The notes beneath the pieces were generated by a model. It was not told where the DNA came from. It searched no databases and worked only from the letters and a program-made list of their open reading frames with translations. This document shows positions 14,830-27,898 of a stretch of 64,000 nucleotides of DNA, piece after piece. The translations under genes and the position numbers were made by a program. The stretch's first letter is position 1, and each line of letters begins with the position of its first letter. Origin of the DNA: the human T2T-CHM13v2.0 reference genome, Homo sapiens; NCBI RefSeq assembly GCF_009914755.1, contig NC_060947.1; one strand, 5' to 3'.

Positions 14830-15216
14830 TTTTTTTTTTTTTGAGACAAGGTCTTGCTTTATCAGCCAGGCTGGAGTGCAGTAGCAAGATCATAGCTCAT
14901 TGCATCCTCCACCTCCTGGGCACAAGTGATACTCCTGCCTCAGTCTCCAGAGTAGCTAGGACTGCAGGCAAGCGCCATCATGCCTGGCTAATTTTCTTTT
15001 TTCTTTCTTTTTTTTTGTATTTTTTGTAGAGACAGAGTCTCCCTATGTTGCCCAGGCTGGTCTCGAGCTCTTGAGTTCCAGTGATCCTCCTGTCTGGGCC
15101 TCCTAAAGTTCTCTCTATGTTGCCCAGTATGGTCTGGAACTCCTGAGCTGAAATGATCCTCCTGCCCAGGCCTCCCAAAGTGCTGGAATTACAGGCATGA
15201 GCTACCACGCCTGGCC
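14830..15216 (-). mobile_element. Old Alu (AluJ-like) with internal ~73-bp duplication
   Basis: Poly-T, diverged Alu body; left-arm segment present twice (~15038-15110, ~15111-15181). Confidence 0.85.
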
Positions 15217-15563
15217 ATAAAATTTTTGCACCTCATATTAAAGAAAACTGTTCCAGCTGACACACAAACTACTGACTTGTAGTTTGCACACAGTCACAGC
15301 AAACTTGGTGAACAAATTTCTCAGCCTCCAGAAGCTGCAGAATCCTAGAAAGGAAAATAAACAGGTACACTGGCAGGAGTGGGAGGTTGCTGCTGACTTC
15401 TTGATAGCTGGGGAAGAGTCTGGGGAAAAAGAAAGGGAGGGAGGGGAATTTTAAAAGTCCTGCAACCTGGAGCCATTTAGTGAGGAGAGAGTTAGTCCTT
15501 CCTAGCCAGGTAAGCCCTGTGGTCTGGACTGTATTCTTGCTCAGTAAAATAAGTGTGATCTGA

Positions 15564-15922
<359 letters not shown>

Positions 15923-18134
15923 TTATCATTTCTTAACATTATCTGTGAGAAGAAAACAGATAATGTTTAAGTGGAGTAACAGGAAAAAGGGGAACTGACA
16001 TTTCTCAAAAGCTTCTTGTGCTAGATGGTTTGATATGTACTTACATGCCTCAATTCATTGAATCCTCACCATGACATAGACGTAATTGTCCCCATTTTGT
16101 AGGTGAAGAAAATGAGGCCTCAGACTATGTTCTCAAGCCTCCTTAAAAAGAGCTAATTATATTCCCTATGCTCAGTGGAAGAAAGCAGAGGACTGTGTAG
16201 TACATTCTATTAGTAGTTCCATTTTAAATTAAGAAAAAGTTTGGTCATCTTGGCAATCCAATAAATGATAATACCCTATCATTGCTGCCATTTAAAGTGT
16301 TTCTAAACACGAAGAGTAACCCAAGACAAAGCTAATGACATAATATATATAAAAACAGGATGACAAGTATAAACCTGAACTCAAGGAAACATACCAAGAT
16401 GTTAAGAATAATAATTTCTGAATAGTGGGGTTATGAGTGATAATATCCTGGAAAATATATAAAACTATATAATAAAACAATTATCTACTTTTCTATATTT
16501 TTCAGTTTTTACCATAAAAATATTTTAACTTTATTAAGGAAAGAAAACTTTTGGTGCTTTGAAGAGATAACTTCTCAGCTATATATAAAGTTTCAACACT
16601 ATAAAAAGACCTATTTCCAGAAAGTTCTGAATGGGCCATTGTCTTCTTGGAGCAAAAACAAAATAAAAGATAAAAAACAAAACAACAGGCAAACCCCTTC
16701 CATCAACAAGGAGTCACTGATTCTAATGCAGCTGATTTATTTCAAGGAGTTATTGGACCCATGACCTTAGAGCTGAGATACAAAATGTGGTTCCAAGTCT
16801 CTTAGCTTCCAGATTAAAAGAAAAGCAGTTTGTTCTTGTGTATTAGCCTGACTTAATATCTTACTGGAATTTCTTCCTGCTGACTGTTTGATTCTGTTTT
16901 AACTCTAAGACATCAGCTTTACATAAAGATAAAAATTATTTCCCTCAAACAAAGGAGAGGCATGGTGATTCTTACCCCCTTCCTTATGGATTGGATTTAA
17001 TAATATTTCTAAATTGTTTTTTGACAGTTTAACTCTTCTTGCCTTTGGATGAGTACTAGCCAAACTCGTGTTTTTGCTAGGTAGATGCTGCGTTTGAGTT
17101 CATGCAGCACGATGGCCCAGTTAAACTGCAATACATTACACTAATGATTCTGGACTAAATACTACTAACTAGGCTTTGCTCCTTCTTTCCTTTAGGGAGG
17201 CATAGGGAGAGCACCATATTTCATTTGTATCAGTCTTGTATTTAAAATGGTAGTTACAGTTTTTATGATTGTTTTCACATTAAGCCTGAGTTTGAATGAT
17301 ACGAACTTTGGATAATGCCTTGAATTTATTTATAATTTTAAGGAAAATCTTATTGCGCATTATAATAGATACTCTAGCAAACCAGAGCAGGGAAAAGATC
17401 TCTTACCTAAAACACAAAAACATTTTAAAAATTCTGTTTATCATTCTTTTACATTTATGCTAATTTTTATAAATTAATTGGGAGGAATAAATATAAATGA
17501 GTTACAATTTCAAGGAATTCCCCTCATTTCTTTTTTATTACTGGTATAGTGAGGAAAAAATGGTACATGAAAAATCTGAGCTTATAAAATAAAGGCTAAG
17601 AAGTTCCCGAAACCTTTCCAGAACATTGCAAAATGATTCACCATAGTATATCTTTCTATATTAAACTTTATAAAGAATTTAAAATATTAATAGTCTACAT
17701 TTGAAGAGAATTTTTTTTTCATTTGCAAGGTGCTTTTACATACAGTATTTAATTTCATCCATGGTAAAACCCTGTGAGTTAACTGTCATTATCTTATTTT
17801 TACAGTCCAGGAATTGAGGTTCAGTGAGATTAAGCAAGTGGCTTTTCAAAGGTTTTGCAGCATTTTCTATTTAACCAATTTGGGTTTTGTGTAGGCTTAC
17901 AGAGCATGTGTGTCATGTGAAGATAATGTGGCTTATTGGAAATTATAGTATTTCTTTGGAAAAAGTATTTTAATTAGGGTCTCTGGTACCACAGATTATT
18001 TATGCTCACATCAGCATGCATGATTTCAGCTAAGGAATAAGCTCCTTCTGCTATGATACTTGAAAAGTGGGATATATGATGCTTGAAAATGGGATAAAGT
18101 AAAAAATAAGGATCAACCTACTGATTATCTACAT

Positions 18135-18357
18135 TGGGGTTAGCAAACTGTACCCCACAGGCCTAATACCCCCATCACCTGTTTTAGTAGGTAAAGTCTT
18201 ATTGGAACACAGCGTTGCTCACTGGTTTATGTACTGGCTACAACTGCTTTCACATTGCAGAGACAGACTTGAGCAGTTGCAACAGAGACCATGGCGTGTG
18301 AATCATAAAATATTTACTTTTTTATAAATACTTCACAGAAAATTTGCTGTCCCTTGG
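18135..18357. mobile_element. MER58-like hAT DNA transposon
   Basis: ggggttagcaaact...attggaacacagc...aaaatatttact...aaatttgctgtccct; related copy at ~23670-23887. Confidence 0.65.
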
Positions 18358-19354
18358 TGTAGATGATACTGAAAAACTACCTTGAGTATTCAGTTTTGAT
18401 AAAAGTATCTAATTTCTGGCTTTATTTAGACCTCTCAAGCAACAAACAAATAAAAAACCAAAAAATAAGAACAGATTTTGAGTAATTAGATGAGTCTTGC
18501 AGAATTCCAAGAATAGTAGTTTGTTTCTTATCAGTTTTCCTAACCAACAGTGGCAGGAGGTCTTGGGGCCTTTTACAAATGTATTAAACACCTATGACTA
18601 CATGTAAAACTCTATGCTAATACAAATGTATCACCTGGGAAAAAACAGTGGCTTACAAGAGGTTCCGCCTGAGCTTTAGGACCTTCTTTCATTTCCATCA
18701 ACTGATCATGGAAGTTTTACTTTGTCTACAATTCTGCAGAAAGCTTCCAGTTTCATATAGCCCCTTCCTTCGCATCAAGAAAATTACTTTCTCCTCTGAA
18801 CCCTCATTTCGTTCATTCAGTTCTTAGCATATGCTGGTATTTAATTTGTATGTTTTAGTCTTTCAAAACTCTAAGCTTGATTTTATTATGCAAGTAAAAC
18901 ATTTTTTGAAATGACAGAAGAGCAGAAAACAGATTTGCACAATGAGGAAAATAAAAGCTCTCATTTGACTGCTCAGACAGAACAATTCCTAATGTTTTTG
19001 TTGTATATCTTTACTAATATTTTTATAATGGTATGCTAGTAAACTGTTGGGGAAAACAAGCCCTGATTTTCAGTGTTTGCTGATTTCTCAAATGCGTATA
19101 TTCTCATCATGATTGATCAAGCTACCAGTTGTTTAACAACTGGCTCACAAAATTCCTATTTTAACAGTCTGCTCTCTTGAGTCAGTATGAGCCAGCTCAA
19201 ACATTTCACTGTTTATATGTATGTGTGGGTATGTGTGTGTAATCTGTATATATTTTTTATATATGTGATTTTCTTTTTACAAAAAATGGAATTTAAAATA
19301 TATGATTCTATTGTAATTTGCTTCTTTCACATACCAAATATGGTAAAAATACGT

Positions 19355-19556
<202 letters not shown>

Positions 19557-19967
19557 TTATATATTGGTATATGTACTTCTATACCATTGATGTTAAGGAA
19601 TGTATAATGTTTCATTGAATTGATATATTAGGGTTTATTTAATTATTCTTTCATTTTTGGGACCTTTAGAGTATTCCCAGCATTTTGCTATTATACATAA
19701 TGCTATGATTTAAATTGTTGCAATACGTTTTCTTCTAAGTGAGATCATACGTGATAACATGTCATAACTAAAAGTGCTATATAAATATTAATTTTCGTTT
19801 ATTATTATTATTATTGTGCATATGTCCCACTATCCCATTTAGATTGTGAGTGCCCCCAAATGAGGCAGGGGTATCCAGCTGTCTGCATTCCCCACAGCAC
19901 TTAGTAAACCACACCCGCATTCATCTCATATTTGAGAATAAAGATGATTATCAGTTTATTCTGTTTT

Positions 19968-20273
<306 letters not shown>

Positions 20274-21031
20274 TAATCTTTGATGTGATCAGTGGTCCAA
20301 CAGTGTAAAGTTGCTAGGCCTCATACAGTCCTCAGTCATTAATTTGAGTTTTCCTTCAGAGAAAATTCAATTGGACGTGCTTGGGATTGAACTCATGGCC
20401 TGAACTTCATTGACATTATTTCCAACTGAAAAAACTGGTCTGTGTGGTTTTACATTGTTTTCATGTAATATATTAAAGTGTTCTTGACCCCATGGGACAA
20501 AATGTCGTACACAAATCAACCCCCCCCCACACACACACCCACACACACCATACACCTTCTTTCTCCTAGCAACAAATGAACAATGGTATTAATCACAAAA
20601 TATGTCCACTTTGAGCTCACCAGAAAGGTTCCTGCATTTCCTCTCTTACATCAAGCTTTATTTTATTATTTCAAATTATAAATACATTCCAGTTGCCGTA
20701 GTCACCTCAGGATGAGAGTATAAAGTTAACATTATAACATAAACATTCAATGAAATAGATTAAGCCATTAAAATCTTCTGGCAGCATCATAAGGTTGTTA
20801 TAAAAGTGCATGTTAGAGGAGGGACAAAAAGTCCTTTAACAAGTTACAAACCTACGGCCATGAATATTTTTCTTACTCCTAGGGAAAACACATTTTTAAC
20901 CAGCATTTTATTATGAAAATTTTCAAACACACAGAAGACAAGTTTAAGGAATTCTATAGTGAACACCCAAGTACTCACCACCTAGATTCTACAATTAACA
21001 TTTTGTTTCACATATTTATCCATCTATCAAT

Positions 21032-21033
<2 letters not shown>

Positions 21034-21075
<42 letters not shown>
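21034..21075. repeat. (GT)n microsatellite in XK intron 1
   Basis: About 21 uninterrupted units. Confidence 0.95.
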
Positions 21076-21079
<4 letters not shown>

Positions 21080-21858
21080 ACTTCAAAGTTAATCACAGAC
21101 ATCAGTATTCTTCCCACTTCAGCATCCATATTTTTACCTAGAGAGGAAATCCAAATTTTAAAAGCCAGGTATTCTCTCAGTCTGGAAAAGTCACTGATTA
21201 AGTCTGGGACTGACTTTAGTCCCGCCCTGTAAGGACTTATGAAAACAGAGATAGGTAACATGTTGTGGTCTCCCAGTGAAATGCTAGATGGCAAGCTGCC
21301 CTGTGCTGGAGGATTTCCGAGCCATAGCTTCTGCTTTAACTGGGGTGGTTTGGGGCATCTTTTGGATGTGGAACACACACACGTGTGTGCGTGCATGCAT
21401 GCATGCAGTCACACTATATAATCACCATTTTTCACAGCAATATGACAAAGTGGGTATTATATCTGCTTTATAGTGGAGGGAATGTGCTGGGGTGGGGATA
21501 GTAGGTGACTCGGCTATGGCTACACAGCTAGTATGTGTCAGGAAGGGAAACTGCACATTTTTTCTGTGGCTCTGGAGCCGGAACCACTTTCCATTCTCTA
21601 AGAGATTTCCTTGCTTCAGTGGCCTTTGGTATTACCTCTTCATTTGGTTCTCATTCAATTCCCATTGGCCTGCTGGAAAGCATCAAGAGGACTGCATACT
21701 GAGAACTGGTCCTTGGAGTAGTTGATTTAGAAGAGTGACTATAGTTCAGAGTAGCCAAGTCAAGGCTTTAAGAATCAGGCTAAAGGTAAGTAGGATGAGC
21801 ATGGAAAGTCAGAATCCTGTCTGTCTCTAATTATTATGATTTCCTGATTTGTTTTCAG

Positions 21859-22121
21859 GTGTTTTGAAGTCTTCTGCATCTACTTTCAGTCAGGCAACAA
21901 TGAAGAGCCTTATGTCAGTATCACCAAGAAGAGGCAAATGCCAAAAAATGGCCTCTCAGAGGAGATTGAGAAGGAGGTGGGCCAGGCAGAAGGCAAACTA
22001 ATCACCCACCGATCAGCGTTCAGCCGGGCGTCGGTGATCCAGGCTTTCTTGGGCTCAGCCCCCCAGCTGACCCTACAGCTGTACATAAGTGTCATGCAGC
22101 AGGACGTCACTGTTGGAAGAA
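21859..22121 (+). CDS. XK: XK coding exon 2
   Basis: ttttcAG acceptor; [31 protein letters not shown]...[15 protein letters not shown]...VGR; donor GAA|GTACGT; 263 nt, phases fit exons 1 and 3. Confidence 0.98.
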
Positions 22122-22229
22122 GTACGTGTATTTTTTATTTCTGCCTGCATTTGGGGATCAAAATGAGAAGCAAAATATGCAGTTTATTTTGTTTCAAAGG
22201 AAATTTGTTCTTAAGTGCACTTAATTCTG

Positions 22230-22770
22230 AATCTGTGTTCTAGTTACTATGCTCAAAACTCAATTAAAATAACAACGTTTATTTTGCTTATGACTCTGCA
22301 TTCTAGGCAGGGCTCAAAAGGGTTACCTAATCTGTGATCCACTGTGGATCAGCTAGGGTGGCTCAAAGGTAGGGGGCTAGAATCTATTCAAGGCCCCTTC
22401 ACTCACATGTCTTGTTGTTCACATGTTTTGATATTGGCTGTTGCTGGGAGTTTCAGATCTTCTCCATTTGATTTCTCTGTGTGGGTGAGTTTGGGCTTCC
22501 TTATAGCATGGTAGCTGCTTCCAAGGGTGAGTGTTCTAAGAAGGAGGGAAGGCCAGATGGAAGCCACATCAGCTTTTGTGATCCAGGCTTGGGAGTTGTG
22601 GGACATCACTTCTGCTTCCTTCTCATTGTTGAAATACTTACAGAGTTCTGCCCAGATTCAAGGGAGAGGAGAGGGAAGCAAACTCTGACTCTTGTTGTGG
22701 AATGGTAGAGTTCTAGAAGATCACCTGGGACCAAAAATACCACTGTGGCCATTTTTAGAAAATACAGTTT
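22230..22770 (-). mobile_element. MaLR (MLT1-like) LTR
   Basis: Typical MLT1 motifs (atgactctgca...catcacttctgct...ggccattttt). Confidence 0.55.
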
Positions 22771-23669
22771 ACCAGAGGCTGAAAACACAGCTACTGGAGG
22801 CTGCTTCTCTTGGGATTTCACTCTGTCTTTCAGTGCTAGTTCTAAACTAGTTGAGACAGTTGGCTTAACAACTTTGTGGTGAATAATGGAACAAGGCCAC
22901 TTTCCTGTCTTCTTAGACTTGTAATAGGTATATCAGTTTATAAGTCAAGACAATATTCTACCTTTGGGCTATTCTCACATCATCAAATTAAGAGCAGATT
23001 TTGGTTAAGTTAAAAAAAAAAAACACTATTTGCATCAGAGTCAAGATTTTAATGAAAAGCCTACAAATGAGAAGTGGAAACAACCCCCTCCCAAGTATTA
23101 ATATTATGGGTAAACGAAAACCATTATGGTAAGTTTTATTATCGGTATACAAAATGATTTAAAAGCCGTAAGTTGAAAAAATACATGTTTAAGAAAACAT
23201 TGAAGATAAGAAAGACTCTTATTTATTTTACTTCACTCAGTTTTATCCTCTTTCTGCCTATGTTTTAGACTGGCTAGTAATAATTCATGTCAGAGTCACA
23301 GGATACTTACATGTTAGAGCCATCTCCCTTATCCAGGTTGCCTGATTATGATTCTTAAAATATGAGTCAGGATCTTAAGTAGAGATCTTGAACCTTAATG
23401 GATCAACATTTATATGTAAATACTTTCCGCAACACCTGGTAGGGAGTAAAAGCTCAATAAATATAGCAACATCCGTGTTCTCTAAGGAATTATAACTGGA
23501 ATGGGTCTTGACCAAGCTGCATGCCACTATACTCTTTTTCCTAGTTTATTGTTTTTCCAAGTGGCAGGGATACAGCAAGAAATCAGATGTGATGATAGCC
23601 TATTTGATTTTTAGAGGTAGATCCAATTTTTTTCCTCAAGTTTTTTTAGTGAAGATTGTCTCACAGTTG

Positions 23670-23887
23670 AAGGGTTGGCAAACTACATCCCATGGGCCTA
23701 ATCTGGGCACTGCCCGTTTTTGTCAATAAAGTTCTATTGGAATGCAGCCCTGCTCTTTCATTTATGTATTGTCTGTGACTGTTTTGGGACTAAAACAACA
23801 GAGTCGAGTAGTTGCAATAAACATAATGTGGCCCACAAAGCCTAAAATATTTACTAACTTTTTACAAAGAAAGTTTGCCAACCCTTG
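23670..23887. mobile_element. MER58A-like DNA transposon
   Basis: Terminal inverted repeats agggttggcaaact / agtttgccaaccct. Confidence 0.75.
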
Positions 23888-25892
23888 TTATAATTTTTCA
23901 GACATAATTCTGTTCAGGAAAAATAAAATCTGTCTTGTAAAATGTCAGTGTCACAAGGGATATCTGAAATGTCCCAAAAGAACTTGGAAAAACAGAAGTC
24001 CTCTGAGAGTTAAATGATAAATCAAATAGATATGGAAAAAGGAAGTGGGCATGGTCTTGTTAAAAAGATAGATGGCTGCCATTTATGCAGGTCTTGACTA
24101 ACCCCAATCACTGCCTTAACATATATAAGGAGGGAATATCTCACCCGGAAAGGGTAAGACCCTTATGAATGGAGCATGGTCTAGGGTGTGCCACAAAGGC
24201 AAATGTTGGTAGTGTCTGTCATGTGGTTAGAAATGCATTTGGTGCAAGGAAGAAACACCTAACTGTAAAGTTAACCTAGAGTTTATTTTTCTTATCTAAC
24301 TGGAAATTGGAAGTAGACAGTTGCTGACAGTATTTCAGCTGCTCAATAGTGGCAAAGTTGATGTCCCTGCCAATCCATTGGCCTTTTGCTTGGGTTGCTA
24401 CTGCATTTCCAACCATCATAGCTACATTCAAAATAGGAAGAAGGGCTGAAGAAGGAAGGGTAGATATATTTCTCTTTTTATTAATGAATATAGCTTTTTC
24501 ATAAATTTCCCTAATAGACTTTACTTTGTCTTCCTCCTTTTATTAAAAACTATAGCTTTTCCAGAAATCTCCCTAACAGAAATGACTTTAGGTCTCTGAC
24601 CAGAACTGATCAGTCATTTAGCTTAAAGGGATGCTAGGAAAGCCAGGTCTAGGAATGTTTGCCACCAATGGCTTAGACTAATATTCCTCAAACTTCCCTG
24701 ATGATGATGATTAGAGTTACCTGGGGGCTTGTTAAATATATAGATTACCAGGATTCATCTCTGGAAATTGTGATTTGCTGTGTCTGGGATGGGAGCCAAG
24801 GTTATGTGTTTTCTTTTTATTTCCCTTTTGTTATTTAAACAAGGGCTCCAGGTGATTTTATTATCAGCAAAGTTTGAGAACATTGGATTAGACTAGTCAT
24901 GGCCTGCGTGTGGTTGGGCCCATTGCCACCCATAACAAAACCATGTTCTCTTAAGATAGTGAGAGGAATGGAAAATGAATAGGCAACTGACAGTGTCTGC
25001 CACATCATCTAAATGCAGTCCAGATGAATAGAAATGTGTCCCTCTTGACAGAAGGACATAGAGTCCATCACAACATGACCCTATTCAGCATTCAAATTCT
25101 GTAACTCTCTCCTCTCTCTCTGATTCTGTGCTCATTGAGCAAACATTGATGGATTTGGCATTAGCAGAGTTTGCCATGAGGGAGAGAAGGGAGAGCCAGC
25201 TACATGGTCACTGGAGAGTTATTGTTTTTCTTCATTGCAATATAATTCATATAACATAAATTTCACTACTTTGGGTGTACAATTCAGTAGGTTTCAATAT
25301 ATTGACAATGTTATACAATCACCACCACTGTCTAGTTTTAGAACATTTTCATCACACCAAAAATAAGTCCCCTATTCATTAACAGTCACTCTTCATTTCC
25401 CCTGCCCCTAGCCCCTGGCAGCCTACTAATCTACTTCCTGTCTCTATGGATTTGACTATTATGAATCTTTCATATCAGTGGAATCATATGCTATTGGGAA
25501 GTTTTCTTTCTCATAGTCAGTGAATAACGGACACTGTGTCTGTGAGCTTCAGTCTTGGGTGAATTTGGGCATCCTGAGATTCCCTGAGTCTAATCAGTTC
25601 TCAGCAAGGGCTTGCTCAAGTCTCCAGATCTTGGAGGATGGGTTGGGTTGAAGCCTAAGTGAGCATACCAATGTTACTGTGCTTTGTGAAGGCCCCTGCA
25701 GCCTGCCATTTGGCTTGCCTGGCCCTCACAGTGCCCTTCTCTATTCTACTCAAGGTGGTAATGTTGGTAGTAAAAATGGCTGTTTCATGAACCCTTGATT
25801 TGTGCCAGGCACTGTGATAGGCATCCTTGTGTTTCATTTTCAGTGTCCCTGAGGTAGATAATATTATCTCCATCTTAGTAAAGAGGGAAATT

Positions 25893-26116
25893 GAGCCAGA
25901 CACAGTGGCTCACACCTGTGATCCTAGCACTTTAGGAAGCCAAGGTGGGCAAATCGCTTGACCCCAGGAGTTTGAGACCACCCTGAGCAACATGGCGAGA
26001 CCCCATCTCTACAAAAAATACAAAAATTAGCAGGGAGTGGTGGTGCATGCCTGTGGTCCCAGCTACTTGGGAGGATAAGGCGGGAGGATTGCTTGAGCCT
26101 GGGAGGACCTTGCCTC

Positions 26117-26142
<26 letters not shown>
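25893..26142 (+). mobile_element. Alu (AluJ-like) with right-arm deletion
   Basis: Alu body lacking much of the 3' right arm, long poly-A. Confidence 0.85.
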
Positions 26143-26147
<5 letters not shown>

Positions 26148-26199
26148 GGAAAATTGTACTTATAGTCAGATAGAGGAGCCAGAATTTGAGGTTAGATTT

Positions 26200-26850
26200 G
26201 TGTGACTTTATTTATGGACTCAATGAGTATTTCTTGGGTATGTTCTGTGTTTCAGACCCTGTGCTGGTCTCTGAGGATAAAGTGGTGAATAAGGTAGGCA
26301 GGCCCCAATCATCTTCAAATAGGATATATAAACATCACACAAATTATTAATCAAATGCATATTTTATTTAAGGTAAATCCTGCAAAGTGAAAGATAAGTA
26401 GCCTCTCTGAGGGTATATTGGGGGTTGTCTAACCGAGTCTGGGAAATGAGGCAAATGTTTCCAAAACTTAGATTTAAACTGAAAACTGCTAGATGAAGAA
26501 AAGAAGCCAGGTGAAGAAAAATCAGGAAAGAGCATCCCAGGATTTCAAGCTTTATTCCAGAGGCAATGGGAAGGCACTGATGAGTTTTAAGCAACAAGTG
26601 TCATGATCAAATTTAGTTTTAGAAACTGATTACTCTGCAAAATGTATTTGAAGAGAGTGAAGAAACAAATGGAGAGGCTAGGAAGTGGGCTACTATAGTT
26701 GTCAAGGTGAGAATAATGGCCTGGACTGGAATAGTCAGAGTGGATTATTGGAGCAATATTAAGAATGCGTAAGTGGAACAATGTGATGATTGATTGGATA
26801 TGAAGGTGAGGCAGTGAGAGATGTCAAGAATAATTCCCAGTTCCTGATAT
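26200..26850. mobile_element. L2 fragment
   Basis: L2 3' motifs (ccagaggcaatgggaaggcactgatgagttttaagca...tgattggatatg). Confidence 0.55.
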
Positions 26851-27551
26851 GGACTGCTGTAGCCATGGATCTCCATTTGTCTTGGTAGTGACAGGTTTGC
26901 GAGGTATATTTTACTTTCAGTTCCAGACTTAAAGAAATGAATACATTTTAAAGATTCTATTTAACTCATGAGAGAACAAGCAGATGTTCTCTTCGGACCA
27001 GCTTATAAGATAACCCAAAGGACAGACATAGGAATATTGACTAGAGATATCAAAATGAATATGTAAATGGAAGTAAAACTGGTTTTATTACAGCATGGGG
27101 GGGTGACATTTGAACCTCTACTGTACAAGACATTGAGCATGTCTGTTAGTGACTTATAGCTTACAGAAGAATGTAAATGAGCTCACTGGCAATACAAAGC
27201 TAGAATCAGAGAACCTGGATTGGTATACTGAAGACAGGACAATGTTTTGATTGAAACACATTTTTTTTGTTGTTGCTAGAATGTTTAAGTCAAGTACAAA
27301 GTTAGACTTTCCTCAAAAAGACGGTCCAGTTATTAGGGTGAGCAGGTTCCTGTCAGAAACATTTTGAGGCCGGGCTTGATCAGGGCTCAGTGAACACCAA
27401 TAATATCACAAAGTTGAGGTTGTCTTGAAGGCAGCTCCCTGACCAAGGAGGGCCTGGAGCACAGTGGGCGGGAATAAGCACTGGTACCTGGAGAGGCTCA
27501 GGCTAGTGGGAAAATCGACGAGGGCTGATCAAAACAAAACTCACCAAGACC

Positions 27552-27898
27552 ATGTGAAGGCAAAAAGGAGCCTTAGAAAGGAGATTCTTCCCTGCTCCAC
27601 AAAAGCCTAGCTGCAGTTTCCTGTTAGCCACATGGACGGCTTTCTGCGAGGTCAGTATGCCCAGTGCCTGAGCTCATCCACACCTGTTTTCCTGGTTGTT
27701 ATTCTCTAGTATCTGATGGCCAACATCCTGGAGCAGGCAGGCAAGAAGGCCCAGAACAATTGCAGGGTGCGCATCACACCAGAACACATAGAGAGGGCCA
27801 TGCACAAGGATAAGCAGCTCAGATGCCTCTTGGAGGATGTACCCACCATCAGGTTGATGAGGTGCCCCAGCCCGAGAAGGAGGGATGCTTGGGTCTGA
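27552..27898 (+). pseudogene. Short histone H2A variant (H2A.L-like) pseudogene, copy 1
   Basis: Frame of ORF 27716 extended upstream reads KA*LQFPVSHMDGFLRGQYAQCLSSSTPVFLVVIL*YLMANILEQAGKKAQNNCRVRITPEHIERAMHKDKQLRCLL; TAG at 27608 and 27707 at conserved Glu positions; Kozak-like gaccATG 27552 out of frame; ATTAAA 27988-27993. Confidence 0.88.

Noticed and set aside
22122-22243. Open frame continuing past exon 2
   Set aside because: Short read-through into intron with no coding signal
27716-27898. 60-aa ORF as a functional histone
   Set aside because: Only the part after an in-frame stop; lacks most of the histone fold
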